NCBI GenBank assembly: GCA_964583105.1
Contig: CAZOUV010000001.1
Span: forward strand, 65,617-129,616
From: an uncultured Gammaproteobacteria bacterium
GTDB lineage: Bacteria; Patescibacteriota; Microgenomatia; UBA8517
Length of the DNA stretch: 64,000 nt
Direction of reading: 5' to 3'
Shown here: one piece after another, positions 28,405 to 37,983 of the stretch
Numbering within the stretch: position 1 is the first letter of the stretch
Layout: each line of letters opens with the position of its first letter
Made by a program: the position numbers and the translations under genes
The notes under the pieces: model-generated
Told to the model about the DNA's origin: nothing
The model's database searches: none
What the model saw: the letters and a program-made list of their open reading frames with translations, nothing else

Positions 28405-30050
28405 AGAAATATATATTACCGATTATTTTGACAGTAATTATCGTGTTGGCTTTTGGCCTGAGGTTTTATAAAGTTAAAACTATTCCACCTTCTCTAAATT
28501 GGGATGAAACCTCAATTGCCTATAATGCTTATTCAATACTAAAAACAGGCAGGGATGAATGGGGAAAGTCCTTTCCGCTTCATTTTAAATCTTACGGGGA
28601 ATATAAACTTCCGGCTCAAGTGTACGCTTCTATTCCTGGGATTTTTATTTTCGGTTTAAATGAGTTTGGAGTAAGGATTACTCCGGTAATTTACGGAACA
28701 TTAACGGTTTTACTTCTGTATTTTTTGGTTCAGGAAGCTTTCAGAAAAAAATCAGTATCGTTAATTTCGGCATTTTTATTAGCTGTTTCTCCATGGCACA
28801 TTCAATTAACCAGAGCATCTTTTGAATCATCATTTGCTCTTTTTTGGATTGTTGCGGGTATTTGGTTTTTGATTAAAGGTTTAAAGAAACCAAAATGGCT
28901 TATTTTTTCCATGATTCCTTTTGTAATCTCTGTGTATACATATAACTCCGCAAGGGTATTTACTCCGTTATTTTTATTTACCCTAGCAGTACTTTTCAGA
29001 AAGTATTTCTGGGAAAAGAGAAAATGGTTTTTAATTGCAGGAGCTTTATTTGCTGTTTTAATGCTTCCGCTTGTTCCTTTTGTTCTTTCCGGAGAAGCCT
29101 CGGCAAGATATAAGCTGGTAAGCATAACCGATGAAAAAGGACTGATTCCAAGAATAAATGAAAGAAGGGGGGCATCGACTCTTCCGTGGATATTTCCCAG
29201 AGCGGTTCATAATAAAGTAACCTATTTAAGTTTTTATTTTGCTAAAAACTATTTGGCCCACTTTACTCCCGATTTCCTTTTTGTAAATGGTGCAGGGCAC
29301 AGACAGCATCATGTGCAGGGGGTAGGGGAACTTTATTGGTTTCAGGCGCCATTTTTGCTCTTGGGAGTATTTTTCCTGATTAAAAAGAAAGACAGGAATT
29401 TAAAAATACTTATTCCTTGGCTTTTAATTGCATTTATTCCGGTTGCCATGACAAACGATAGTATTCCCAACGCATTAAGAACTTTAAATGCGGCTCCCGT
29501 ATATCAAATATTTTCTGCTCTGGGAATTTACTATTTGTGTACATTAATTAAAAACAAAAAAATATTTTATGTTCTAATGGGAATTTCAATATTGTTGTTT
29601 TTGGTTAATTTTTCTGTTTACCTTAAAAATCTATTTGTTGACTATTCCGTTAAGTATTCGCGTGACTGGCAGTATGGAAATAAAGAGGTTGTGGAATATA
29701 TAAAAAATAATCAGGATAAATATGATTTAATTACCTTTACAAGACATTATGGGGAGCCCCACATGTTTACTCTTTTTTACCTTAATTACGACCCCAATAA
29801 ATTTCAAAACAGTCCGAATATGGATAGATTTGAAACATACGATTGGGTAAGGGTTTTAAGATTTGATAAATTTTATTTTCCGGATCTTGGAGATGAAGGA
29901 ACCAAATATCAGGATGTGGTCAACGAAAATCCGGGAAAGAAGATACTATTTATTGGTAAACCTGGAGATTTCCCGAGCTACTTACCAAGGCTTTTGACTG
30001 TAAATTTCTTAAATGGCGATCTTGCTTTTGAAATCGTTGAAAAGAGATGA
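28401..30050 (+). CDS. PMT/ArnT-like GT-C glycosyltransferase, tandem paralog 3
   Basis: 'NWDETSIAYNAYSILKTGRDEWGKSFPLHFKSYGEYKLPAQVY', 'SPWHIQLTRASFES'. Confidence 0.65.
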   Translation: MKKYILPIILTVIIVLAFGLRFYKVKTIPPSLNWDETSIAYNAYSILKTGRDEWGKSFPLHFKSYGEYKLPAQVYASIPGIFIFGLNEFGVRITPVIYGTLTVLLLYFLVQEAFRKKSVSLISAFLLAVSPWHIQLTRASFESSFALFWIVAGIWFLIKGLKKPKWLIFSMIPFVISVYTYNSARVFTPLFLFTLAVLFRKYFWEKRKWFLIAGALFAVLMLPLVPFVLSGEASARYKLVSITDEKGLIPRINERRGASTLPWIFPRAVHNKVTYLSFYFAKNYLAHFTPDFLFVNGAGHRQHHVQGVGELYWFQAPFLLLGVFFLIKKKDRNLKILIPWLLIAFIPVAMTNDSIPNALRTLNAAPVYQIFSALGIYYLCTLIKNKKIFYVLMGISILLFLVNFSVYLKNLFVDYSVKYSRDWQYGNKEVVEYIKNNQDKYDLITFTRHYGEPHMFTLFYLNYDPNKFQNSPNMDRFETYDWVRVLRFDKFYFPDLGDEGTKYQDVVNENPGKKILFIGKPGDFPSYLPRLLTVNFLNGDLAFEIVEKR

Positions 30051-31435
30051 AAAGAATCGGTTTTTTTCTAAAAAACAACCTTTTACTTATACTTGTTCTT
30101 TCTGTTTTTTTAGTATCCCGTTTTTATAAAATAAGTCAGATTCCTTCTTCAGTTTATTGGGATGAGGCCTCAATCGGCTACAATGCATATTCGGTCTTAA
30201 AAACAGGAAAAGACGAGTGGGGAGAGTTTCTTCCGCTTCATTTTAGAGCATTTGGTGAATTTAAGCTTCCTGTTTATATCTATTCTGTAATGATCGCCGA
30301 ATCGGTGTTTGGATTAACACCACTGGCGGTAAGATTGCCGTCGGTTATTTACGGACTCTTTTCCATTCTGGGATTATATTTATTAACAAAAAAGATAACA
30401 GATAATAAAAAAATAGCTCTTATTTCTTCATTTTTGTTTAGTTTTATGCCGTGGTATTTTATTTTTTCCAGAACCGGTTATGAGGCAGTTGCCGGACTTA
30501 CGTTTTTTATTTATGCTATCTACTTTTTAATACTTTCGTTTGAAAAGAAAAGTTTCTTAATTATCTCTTCCTTTCTATTTATTTTGTCATTTTACAGCTA
30601 TAACAGTTTTAGGATTTTGGTTCCGTTATTCTTTCTTTCGGGACTGGTTGTTTATTATTTGAAAAACAAAAAACAAGGGACATTGGTTATTTTTGTTTCC
30701 TTGATAGTATTTTTATTAAGCTTATTTCCTGTTTATAAGTTATATCGGCAGGATTTTGGGTTAAACAGACTGCAAACGGTAGGAGTAACTCAAGGCCTGA
30801 TAAAAAATTATTTGACCCACTTGTCTTTTGATTTTTTGTTTGCCAGCGGCGATTCAAATCCGAGAAGTCAAATTCCGGGCAGCTCTCAACTTTTCTTAAT
30901 TGATTTACCTTTTGTTATATTGGGGTTAATCTATATCTTTAAGAAAAAGAACATTAAATATTATCTTATATTAATTACACTTCTAGCCTCTTTTATTCCT
31001 GCGGCAATTACCCGAGAATCTCCACACGCACTAAGAAGTATAACTGTGGCACCTTTATTTGCTTTAATTTCTTCATTCGGAATATATTTTTCTTTAGAGC
31101 TATTTAAGAAAAACAATAATAAAAATAAAAAATATTTATTAACAGGGATTATATCTTTATATCTGATTTATTTTGGTGTTTATTATTACAAATTTATAAC
31201 CAAATACAATTTGTTAACTTCAACAGACTGGCAGTATCCTTACAAAGAAATATTTACTACACAAAAAGAAGGCAAAGTTTCGGATAAATATGCTCAGCCT
31301 TATATTTTTGCTCTTTTTTACGGAAAAGTTGATCCAAAGGTATTTATCGAAACCAAGAAGTTGAATCCCGTTTCCGATTGGGGATTTTCGACAGTTAAGT
31401 CTTTTGATAAATTTGAATTTGTTAAATATGAGTAA
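30047..31435 (+). CDS. PMT/ArnT-like GT-C glycosyltransferase, tandem paralog 4
   Basis: 'YWDEASIGYNAYSVLKTGKDEWGEFLPLHFRAFGEFKLPVYIY'. Confidence 0.65.
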   Translation: MKRIGFFLKNNLLLILVLSVFLVSRFYKISQIPSSVYWDEASIGYNAYSVLKTGKDEWGEFLPLHFRAFGEFKLPVYIYSVMIAESVFGLTPLAVRLPSVIYGLFSILGLYLLTKKITDNKKIALISSFLFSFMPWYFIFSRTGYEAVAGLTFFIYAIYFLILSFEKKSFLIISSFLFILSFYSYNSFRILVPLFFLSGLVVYYLKNKKQGTLVIFVSLIVFLLSLFPVYKLYRQDFGLNRLQTVGVTQGLIKNYLTHLSFDFLFASGDSNPRSQIPGSSQLFLIDLPFVILGLIYIFKKKNIKYYLILITLLASFIPAAITRESPHALRSITVAPLFALISSFGIYFSLELFKKNNNKNKKYLLTGIISLYLIYFGVYYYKFITKYNLLTSTDWQYPYKEIFTTQKEGKVSDKYAQPYIFALFYGKVDPKVFIETKKLNPVSDWGFSTVKSFDKFEFVKYE

Positions 31436-32972
31436 AAAACTAACCTATCTTTTTTTAACGATTATTGTTTTAGCATCTGTTGTTACCAGATTCTATAAAC
31501 TGGGAAAAGTTCCGGTTGGTTTTACATGGGATGAAGCAGCAGTTGGTTATAATGCCTATACGATTCTTCATTGGGGGAAAGATGAATGGGGAAAAACTCT
31601 TCCTATTACTTTTAAATCTTTTGGGGATGACAAAAATCCGGCTCACGTATATTTGACTGCTCCTTTTGTTGGAATTTTTGGATTAAACGAGTGGGCAACA
31701 AGAGCTTCATCGGCTTTTTTCGGGGTACTACTTGTATTTATATCATTTTTCCTGGCAAAGACACTGTTTAAAAGTAGGACCATCGGTTTAATTACTGCGC
31801 TTTTTTTAAGCATATCGCCCTTTAATATTCAATTTTCCCGTTTCAATCATGAACTTAATTTTGCCGTTTTTTTCTTCATGGCAGGAATCTACCTCTTTTT
31901 TAAGGGATTAAGAAAGAAAAACTGGATGGTTATTCTATCTTTTGTTTTTTTGGGGTTGGACCTTCTTACATACCAAAGCGCTAAAGTAGTTACCCCGATA
32001 CTTGTAATTTTGTTAATAATCTTAAATATTAAAAAACTTTTAAAAGTAAAAAAGTATTTTATTGCAGGGTTGGTTATTTATTTATTATTTGTTAGTCTTC
32101 TTTTTATCAAACCTCAGTTATTGGGTGGGGCCAGATTAAAGCAAACTTCGATAGCGGAACCAAAAGTTGTATTAGCAAGGTATTTTGAGTACTTCAGCCC
32201 TAAATTCTTGTTTGTTTCGGGGGATGACAATCCACGTCACTCGATTCAGACGGTAGGTACTTTTTACTGGCTTGACTTACCTCTTCTTATTATCGGTTTA
32301 TTGGTAGTTTTGTGGAGACTTTTTGTTAAAAAAGATACAAAAATGCTTTTTTTACTGACATGGGTATTTTTGGCTCCCTTGCCCGGAGCGGCCAGTAGCA
32401 GCTTGCCCCATGTCTCCCGTGCTATGTTTATTACAGGAAGCTGGTTGATGATATCCGCTTTGGGAGCATATACGGTAATTTCAATACTGAAAAATAAATA
32501 CTACCGAATAATAATGGGTATTTTGTTGGTTGTGGTCTCGGGATATTTTCTGTCAAGGTATCTTAAAGACTATTTTGTCAAATACGATCAAAGGTATGCA
32601 ATAGAATGGATTTACGGAATGAAAGATATCGTTAAATTTGCGGATAAATTTGATTTTGACAGGGTTTATATGACGGAAAGCATGATGCAGCCTTATATAT
32701 TTTTCCTGTATTATCTGCAAACACCTCTGCCTGAATATTTAAGTTCCGTAAAATACAATGAAACCAAAAGTGCTCCTTCAAACGTGGTTTATTCCTACGG
32801 GAAATATCAGTTTATTTGGGATGAATACCAAAGTGTTCCCTACATGGGAGCTCTTTATGTTGTAAGACCCAGCGTCTATGACGGGCTTTTTTATAAAATG
32901 AGCTTTGATGTTGTCAAACTGATAAAATATCCTGACGGGACGGATGCATTCTATTTGGTTGTGGGGCACTAG
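31428..32972 (+). CDS. PMT/ArnT-like GT-C glycosyltransferase, tandem paralog 5
   Basis: ATG at 31428 (ATGAGTAA overlap with upstream stop; an upstream in-frame start at 31404 is also possible); 'TWDEAAVGYNAYTILHWGKDEWGKTLPITFKSFGDDKNPAHVY'. Confidence 0.65.
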   Translation: MSKKLTYLFLTIIVLASVVTRFYKLGKVPVGFTWDEAAVGYNAYTILHWGKDEWGKTLPITFKSFGDDKNPAHVYLTAPFVGIFGLNEWATRASSAFFGVLLVFISFFLAKTLFKSRTIGLITALFLSISPFNIQFSRFNHELNFAVFFFMAGIYLFFKGLRKKNWMVILSFVFLGLDLLTYQSAKVVTPILVILLIILNIKKLLKVKKYFIAGLVIYLLFVSLLFIKPQLLGGARLKQTSIAEPKVVLARYFEYFSPKFLFVSGDDNPRHSIQTVGTFYWLDLPLLIIGLLVVLWRLFVKKDTKMLFLLTWVFLAPLPGAASSSLPHVSRAMFITGSWLMISALGAYTVISILKNKYYRIIMGILLVVVSGYFLSRYLKDYFVKYDQRYAIEWIYGMKDIVKFADKFDFDRVYMTESMMQPYIFFLYYLQTPLPEYLSSVKYNETKSAPSNVVYSYGKYQFIWDEYQSVPYMGALYVVRPSVYDGLFYKMSFDVVKLIKYPDGTDAFYLVVGH

Positions 32973-32984
32973 AATGCACTAGGA

Positions 32985-33851
32985 ATGAAGATTATGAAAA
33001 AAAAGCTATCGGTGGTACTTGCCACAAGAAACGAAGAAAATAATATCGAAAGATGCATAAATTCGGTGAAGGAAATTGCCGATGAAATTGTTGTTGTTGA
33101 TGAGTATTCAACAGACAAAACCAGAGAAATCGCCCAAAAGTTGGGAGCAAAAGTATTTTTGGAAAAACACCATGATATTTTCCACATAACAAAGCAAATT
33201 GCCCTTGAGAAAGCAATGGGGGAATGGATTTTACAATTGGATGCTGATGAGGTTGTTACTACGGAACTTGCCGAAGAAATAAAGACGATCCTTAACGGAG
33301 AAAAATCAACTGTTGATACCAACAAACAAAGACTTTTTGAAAAACACCAAAAATTAATCGAAAATAGGGACGGAAAAGTAGGAAAAGAAGACGGTGAAAT
33401 TGCAGGTTATTTTATAGCCCGTAAAAACATGTTTTTGGGAAAACCTCTGATTCATGCGGGAGTATATCCCGATGGGGTAATAAGGTTGGTTATGAAAGGA
33501 AAGGCCGGATTTCCCCAAAAGTCTGTACATGAACAGATATCGGTTGACGGAAAAGTATCGTGGTTGAATTCCGATCTGGAACATTATGATTCACCAACCC
33601 TAAGAAGATACTTTGAACGGATGAACCGCTATACGGATCTGCATGCCGAAGAACTAAACGAAAGAAAAGCTCCCAAAAATATTTTATATTTTATTTATTA
33701 TTCATTTTTTAAATCTTTCTGTGTTTTTATTAATTTATTTATACTTCACAAAGGTTTTTTGGACGGAGTATATGGTTTTTTCTGGAGTTTATTTTCTTCT
33801 TGGCATTATCCGGTTGCGTATTTTAAATATTTAACCAAAAAGGTAGCATAA
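32985..33851 (+). CDS. Family 2 glycosyltransferase (paralog of 4975 and 6722)
   Basis: 'LSVVLATRNEENNIERCINSVKEIADEIVVVDEYSTDKT', 'LQLDADEVV'; A8 tract in codons 4-7. Confidence 0.65.
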   Translation: MKIMKKKLSVVLATRNEENNIERCINSVKEIADEIVVVDEYSTDKTREIAQKLGAKVFLEKHHDIFHITKQIALEKAMGEWILQLDADEVVTTELAEEIKTILNGEKSTVDTNKQRLFEKHQKLIENRDGKVGKEDGEIAGYFIARKNMFLGKPLIHAGVYPDGVIRLVMKGKAGFPQKSVHEQISVDGKVSWLNSDLEHYDSPTLRRYFERMNRYTDLHAEELNERKAPKNILYFIYYSFFKSFCVFINLFILHKGFLDGVYGFFWSLFSSWHYPVAYFKYLTKKVA

Positions 33852-33854
33852 ATT

Positions 33855-34583
33855 ATGGAATTAAAAGGAAAAACTATACTGATAACGGGTGCAAGTAAGG
33901 GAATGGGCAATTCCATAACTAAGAAACTAGCTAAAGATGGAGTTAATCTTATACTTGTTGCCAGAAACGAGGATAATTTAAAAGATTTAGTAAAGAGTTT
34001 GGGTGAGGGAAGACATAAATATTATTCCTGCGACCTTGGGAAACAGGAAGAGGTTACAAAACTTGCAGAAAATATATCCAAAGATTACGAAAAGATAGAT
34101 GTTCTTATAAACGGAGCGGGTATTGGGATTTATAAGCCGATAGAGGAAGTAACTTATGAGGAGTGGAGAAATTCTTTTGCGGTAGGTCTTGATGCCGTTT
34201 ACTTTCTGACTCAAAAATTGCTTCCGCTTCTTGATAAGTCCGAAAAGCCTTTGGTAATTAATATTGGATCTGGCATGGGGGTAATTCCTGCTCCCGGAAG
34301 AAGTGTCTATTGTTCACTCAAATTTGCGCTAAGAGGAATGACACTAAGTCTTGCGGAAGAATTTAAAAGAACCAAGACACAATTTGTACTTCTTACCTTG
34401 GGAAGTGTTCTTACTGGTTTTGGTCCCAAAAGCCTGGAAGAGAAAAAAAGCGAAGGAAAAGCCTATTTGACTCCGGAATGGGTAGCGGATAGAGTTTCGG
34501 AGATAATCAAGGAAGACGGCAAAGAGGTGGAATACACTTTTTATCCTTCAGATTACAAAGAAGAGTGGGAAGCTGTAAAATAG
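33855..34583 (+). CDS. Short-chain dehydrogenase/reductase (SDR) family oxidoreductase
   Basis: 'ILITGASKGMGNS' Rossmann motif, 'NGAG', catalytic 'YCSLK' (YxxxK). Confidence 0.75.
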   Translation: MELKGKTILITGASKGMGNSITKKLAKDGVNLILVARNEDNLKDLVKSLGEGRHKYYSCDLGKQEEVTKLAENISKDYEKIDVLINGAGIGIYKPIEEVTYEEWRNSFAVGLDAVYFLTQKLLPLLDKSEKPLVINIGSGMGVIPAPGRSVYCSLKFALRGMTLSLAEEFKRTKTQFVLLTLGSVLTGFGPKSLEEKKSEGKAYLTPEWVADRVSEIIKEDGKEVEYTFYPSDYKEEWEAVK

Positions 34584-34587
34584 TAGT

Positions 34588-35580
34588 ATGCGAGTCGGAA
34601 TTGATCTTGGCGGAAGTCATGGTGGGCATGAAGAAAGAGGAATAGGAGTACATACAAACGAGCTATTTAATGCCCTTAAATCCTTAAAAAGTAAGGAAGT
34701 TGAAATATCAGAGTATAAACCCGGGAATAAATACGATCTTGTTCATTACACGGTATTTAAGCCTTTCAGTTTTTCGCTTCCTTTTAAAAAACCCGCCAAA
34801 AAAGTCGTTCTGACGATACATGATTTTATTCCTCTTATTTATCCCAAGCATTACCCTTCCGGAATTAAGGGAAAAATAATTTTTCTAATTCAGAAGTATC
34901 TTATTAAGAAAAATGTTGATGCGATAATTACCATTTCCGAGACATCCAAGAAAGATATCTGCAGGTTTTTGGGAGTTAGTCCTGAAAAAGTATATGTTAT
35001 CTACCTTGCACCAAAGAAGATATTTAAAAAAATAGAAGATGAGAAAGTAAAAAGGGAAATAATTGAAAAATACGATCTTCCTAAGAAATTTGTTCTTTAT
35101 GTCGGGGACGTAAATTACAACAAAAACATTCCCAATTTAATAAAAGCTGCAAAACTTGCCAAATTACCTTTGGTTATCTGTGGCAAGCAGGCAAAAGAAA
35201 TTGAAACAAAAGATCTTAATCATCCAGAACTTTTGCATTTGAAAAACATTGATTGGTCGGGTGTTTTAAGATTGGGTTTTGTTTCGGATGAAGACCTTGG
35301 TGTTATCTATAATTTGGCAACTGTTTATTGTCAGCCTTCTTTATATGAAGGTTTCGGACTTCCTGTTTTGGAGGCTTTATCTTGCGGCTGTCCCGTGGTT
35401 GCTTCCAAAACACAAGCATTGATTGAAATTGCCGAAGATTTAGGAGTTTTTGTTGACCCCAAAGATCCTATGGATATCGCCAAGGGCATAAATAATTTTG
35501 TAAGACCCTCAAAACCACCAAGAGAATATTCTTGGGAAAAAACTGCAAAAGAAACACGATCCCTCTATGAAAAAATCTGA
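34588..35580 (+). CDS. GT4 (GT-B) glycosyltransferase
   Basis: C-terminal 'EGFGLPVLEALSCGCPVVASK' motif; ~330 aa. Confidence 0.7.
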   Translation: MRVGIDLGGSHGGHEERGIGVHTNELFNALKSLKSKEVEISEYKPGNKYDLVHYTVFKPFSFSLPFKKPAKKVVLTIHDFIPLIYPKHYPSGIKGKIIFLIQKYLIKKNVDAIITISETSKKDICRFLGVSPEKVYVIYLAPKKIFKKIEDEKVKREIIEKYDLPKKFVLYVGDVNYNKNIPNLIKAAKLAKLPLVICGKQAKEIETKDLNHPELLHLKNIDWSGVLRLGFVSDEDLGVIYNLATVYCQPSLYEGFGLPVLEALSCGCPVVASKTQALIEIAEDLGVFVDPKDPMDIAKGINNFVRPSKPPREYSWEKTAKETRSLYEKI

Positions 35581-36748
35581 TTTTAAATTCCTGATAGGTT
35601 CTTTTTTAAGTTGGAGAATAATTCTTTTTATAGTTTCTTTTTTTTCAACAATACTAATTCCAGTTTTTGGAAACAGATTTCCTTATGCAGATAGAGTACT
35701 TGAAGTAACAAAACTTCCTTCGTGGATCTGGGGTTTTGGAAACTTCGATGGGGTGCACTATTTAAGGATTGCCCAGAATTTATATTCTTCCGATTTTACC
35801 CAAGCCTTTTTCCCTTTATATCCTCTTATAATTCGATTTTTTAATATTTTTCCAAAAAATGGTTTTTTGAATTTAAGATTATTTACAGATCCTTCTTATT
35901 TTTATACCGCTATGGTTTTGTCGGTAATAATTTTTGCTACTGCTTTATACTTTTTGTTTAAGTTATTTTCCGAAACATACGGAAAACAAATTGCAAAAAT
36001 ATCGATACTTATTTTGCTTTCTTTTCCGACGGCGTTTTATTTCGGATCGGTATATTCGGAGTCTTTGTTTTTACTACTTACGGTTTTAACTTTTTGGTTT
36101 GTTAAAAAGGACAATTTTATAGTTGCGGGTATATTTGCTGCTTTGGCCTCTGCAACAAAAATTCAAGGGGTTTTATTATTAGTATTTTTAATAATTGAAC
36201 TGATTAGTAAATATAAAGAAGGTATCAAAAAATTAAGGAATGAAATTGTTAGGGATATTTTAGGAATAATTCTTGCTCCATCAGGACTTATTTTTTATAT
36301 GATCTATCTAAAGAATTTAACCGGTAATTATTTTTATTTTCTTACTTCACAACCAGCTTTCGGGGCAGAAAGAAGTAGTATCCCCATGGTTCTACTTCCT
36401 CAGGTAATTTACAGATATTTTAAGATTATTTTTACAGTAAACCCTTTAAGTTTGCCGTTTTTTAATGCTTTTATGGAGCTTTCTCTAAGTATTGTAGTTA
36501 TAACACTTCTAATTATTGCATTTAAGAAAATGAGGTTTTCCTATTGGCTGTTTTCATTTTTGGTGGTTGTTTTGCCTACCTTGACGGGTACACTGTCTTC
36601 AATGCCCAGATATGTACTTTTGGTTTTTATGTTAATTCCTTTTATTGCAGAGAAATTTAAGAAAAGAACCAAATACATTATAATTGTCCAATCCGTTTTA
36701 CAAATTATTCTATTGGGACTTTTTGTCAGGGGTTATTGGGTAGCATGA
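35567..36748 (+). CDS. PIG-V/GPI-mannosyltransferase-II-like (GT76-like) GT-C membrane glycosyltransferase
   Basis: 'FGNFDGVHYLRIAQNLYSSDFTQAFFPLYPL' matches the PIG-V family 'WDaeHFlhIAe.GY...AFFPLyP' signature; ~9-10 TM. Confidence 0.5.
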   Translation: MKKSDFKFLIGSFLSWRIILFIVSFFSTILIPVFGNRFPYADRVLEVTKLPSWIWGFGNFDGVHYLRIAQNLYSSDFTQAFFPLYPLIIRFFNIFPKNGFLNLRLFTDPSYFYTAMVLSVIIFATALYFLFKLFSETYGKQIAKISILILLSFPTAFYFGSVYSESLFLLLTVLTFWFVKKDNFIVAGIFAALASATKIQGVLLLVFLIIELISKYKEGIKKLRNEIVRDILGIILAPSGLIFYMIYLKNLTGNYFYFLTSQPAFGAERSSIPMVLLPQVIYRYFKIIFTVNPLSLPFFNAFMELSLSIVVITLLIIAFKKMRFSYWLFSFLVVVLPTLTGTLSSMPRYVLLVFMLIPFIAEKFKKRTKYIIIVQSVLQIILLGLFVRGYWVA

Positions 36749-37983
36749 AAGAAAAAATAAAAATCTTTATGAAACACCCTCTTTTTAGCGGGAGTGCAAT
36801 TATGGTTGGTGGTACTATGATGGCCAATGTAATTAACTACGTTTACCATCTGGTGATGGGAAGGAACTTGGGACCGGTTGATTATGGTGTTTTGGCAAGT
36901 ATTTATTCTATCCTTTACCTTGTAGGAATTATTCCCACCTCGGCAAGTATGGCTATTGTGAAGTTTGTTTCTTCTGCTGAACACCAAGAAGTATATTCGA
37001 TTTTCCACGCAATTAGAAAATTTGTTTTCAAACTTTCGATATTTTTATCAATTTTAGTTTTCTTTTTATCTCCTTTAATTTCAGATTTTTTAAAAATTCA
37101 AAATCCGCTTTCGATAATGCTCATATCACCCATATTATTTTTGACTTTAACGACATTAGTTAACCAGTCTACTTCACAGGGCTTATTGAAGTTTACTGGA
37201 ACAGTAATACCTACCCTGATCTCTTCGCTTATAAAGTTATTTTTGGGATTACTGTTGGTTTTTCTTGGTTGGTCGGTTGTTGGGGCTACGTTTGCAATTG
37301 TGGTTGGACTAGGCTTGGCTTTTGTTTATAGTCACCTTTTCATTAAGAGAATTTTACCAAAAACTAAAATTAAAAAATACGATTTGAAAAAGTTTTTTAA
37401 ATATTCTATTCCGGTACTTCTACAGGCACTTGCATTCACATCTCTTTTTTCGACAGATGTTTTACTAGTTAAACATTTCTTTGATCCCTTTCAGGCAGGT
37501 ATATATGCCGCGTTGTCTACTTTGGGAAAAATCATTTATTTTGCCACATCTCCCGTTGTTGCGACCATGTTTCCTATCGTTTCTAAAAGACAAAACACTG
37601 GTGAGAATTACAGAAAAGTTTTTTGGCTTACAATGCTTGCTGTATTCGGGATTTCGTCAATTGTTACTTTGCTTTATTGGCTTTTCCCTGGTGTTGCCAT
37701 AAACCTACTTTATGGTTCAGAATATCTTTTAGCTAAAGGCTATCTTGCTTGGATGGGTTTATTTATGCTCTTTTTTGCTTTGACCCATCTTCTCATAAAT
37801 TACTCATTATCCTTGGGAAAAGTGAAAGTGGTGGCGATACCGTTGGTTGGGGCTTTTTTGCAGATAATATTAATCTGGTTTTTGCACAACGATATTCTTA
37901 CTGTTATTAAAATATCCTTGATAATCACTATTGTGATGTTTTTGTCTGTTGGGGTATATTTGAAGTATAATTCAAAACAATGA
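36736..37983 (+). CDS. wzx: Wzx-like oligosaccharide flippase (second copy)
   Basis: ~12 TM; 'SGSAIMVGGTMMANVINYVYHLVMGRNLGPVDYGVLAS' typical flippase N-terminus. Confidence 0.6.
   Translation: MGSMKEKIKIFMKHPLFSGSAIMVGGTMMANVINYVYHLVMGRNLGPVDYGVLASIYSILYLVGIIPTSASMAIVKFVSSAEHQEVYSIFHAIRKFVFKLSIFLSILVFFLSPLISDFLKIQNPLSIMLISPILFLTLTTLVNQSTSQGLLKFTGTVIPTLISSLIKLFLGLLLVFLGWSVVGATFAIVVGLGLAFVYSHLFIKRILPKTKIKKYDLKKFFKYSIPVLLQALAFTSLFSTDVLLVKHFFDPFQAGIYAALSTLGKIIYFATSPVVATMFPIVSKRQNTGENYRKVFWLTMLAVFGISSIVTLLYWLFPGVAINLLYGSEYLLAKGYLAWMGLFMLFFALTHLLINYSLSLGKVKVVAIPLVGAFLQIILIWFLHNDILTVIKISLIITIVMFLSVGVYLKYNSKQ

Noticed and set aside
32969-33325. 118-aa minus-strand ORF overlapping the GT2 gene 32985-33851
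   Set aside because: Antisense to a gene with clear GT2 N-terminal motifs; Ser/Thr-rich low-complexity product.
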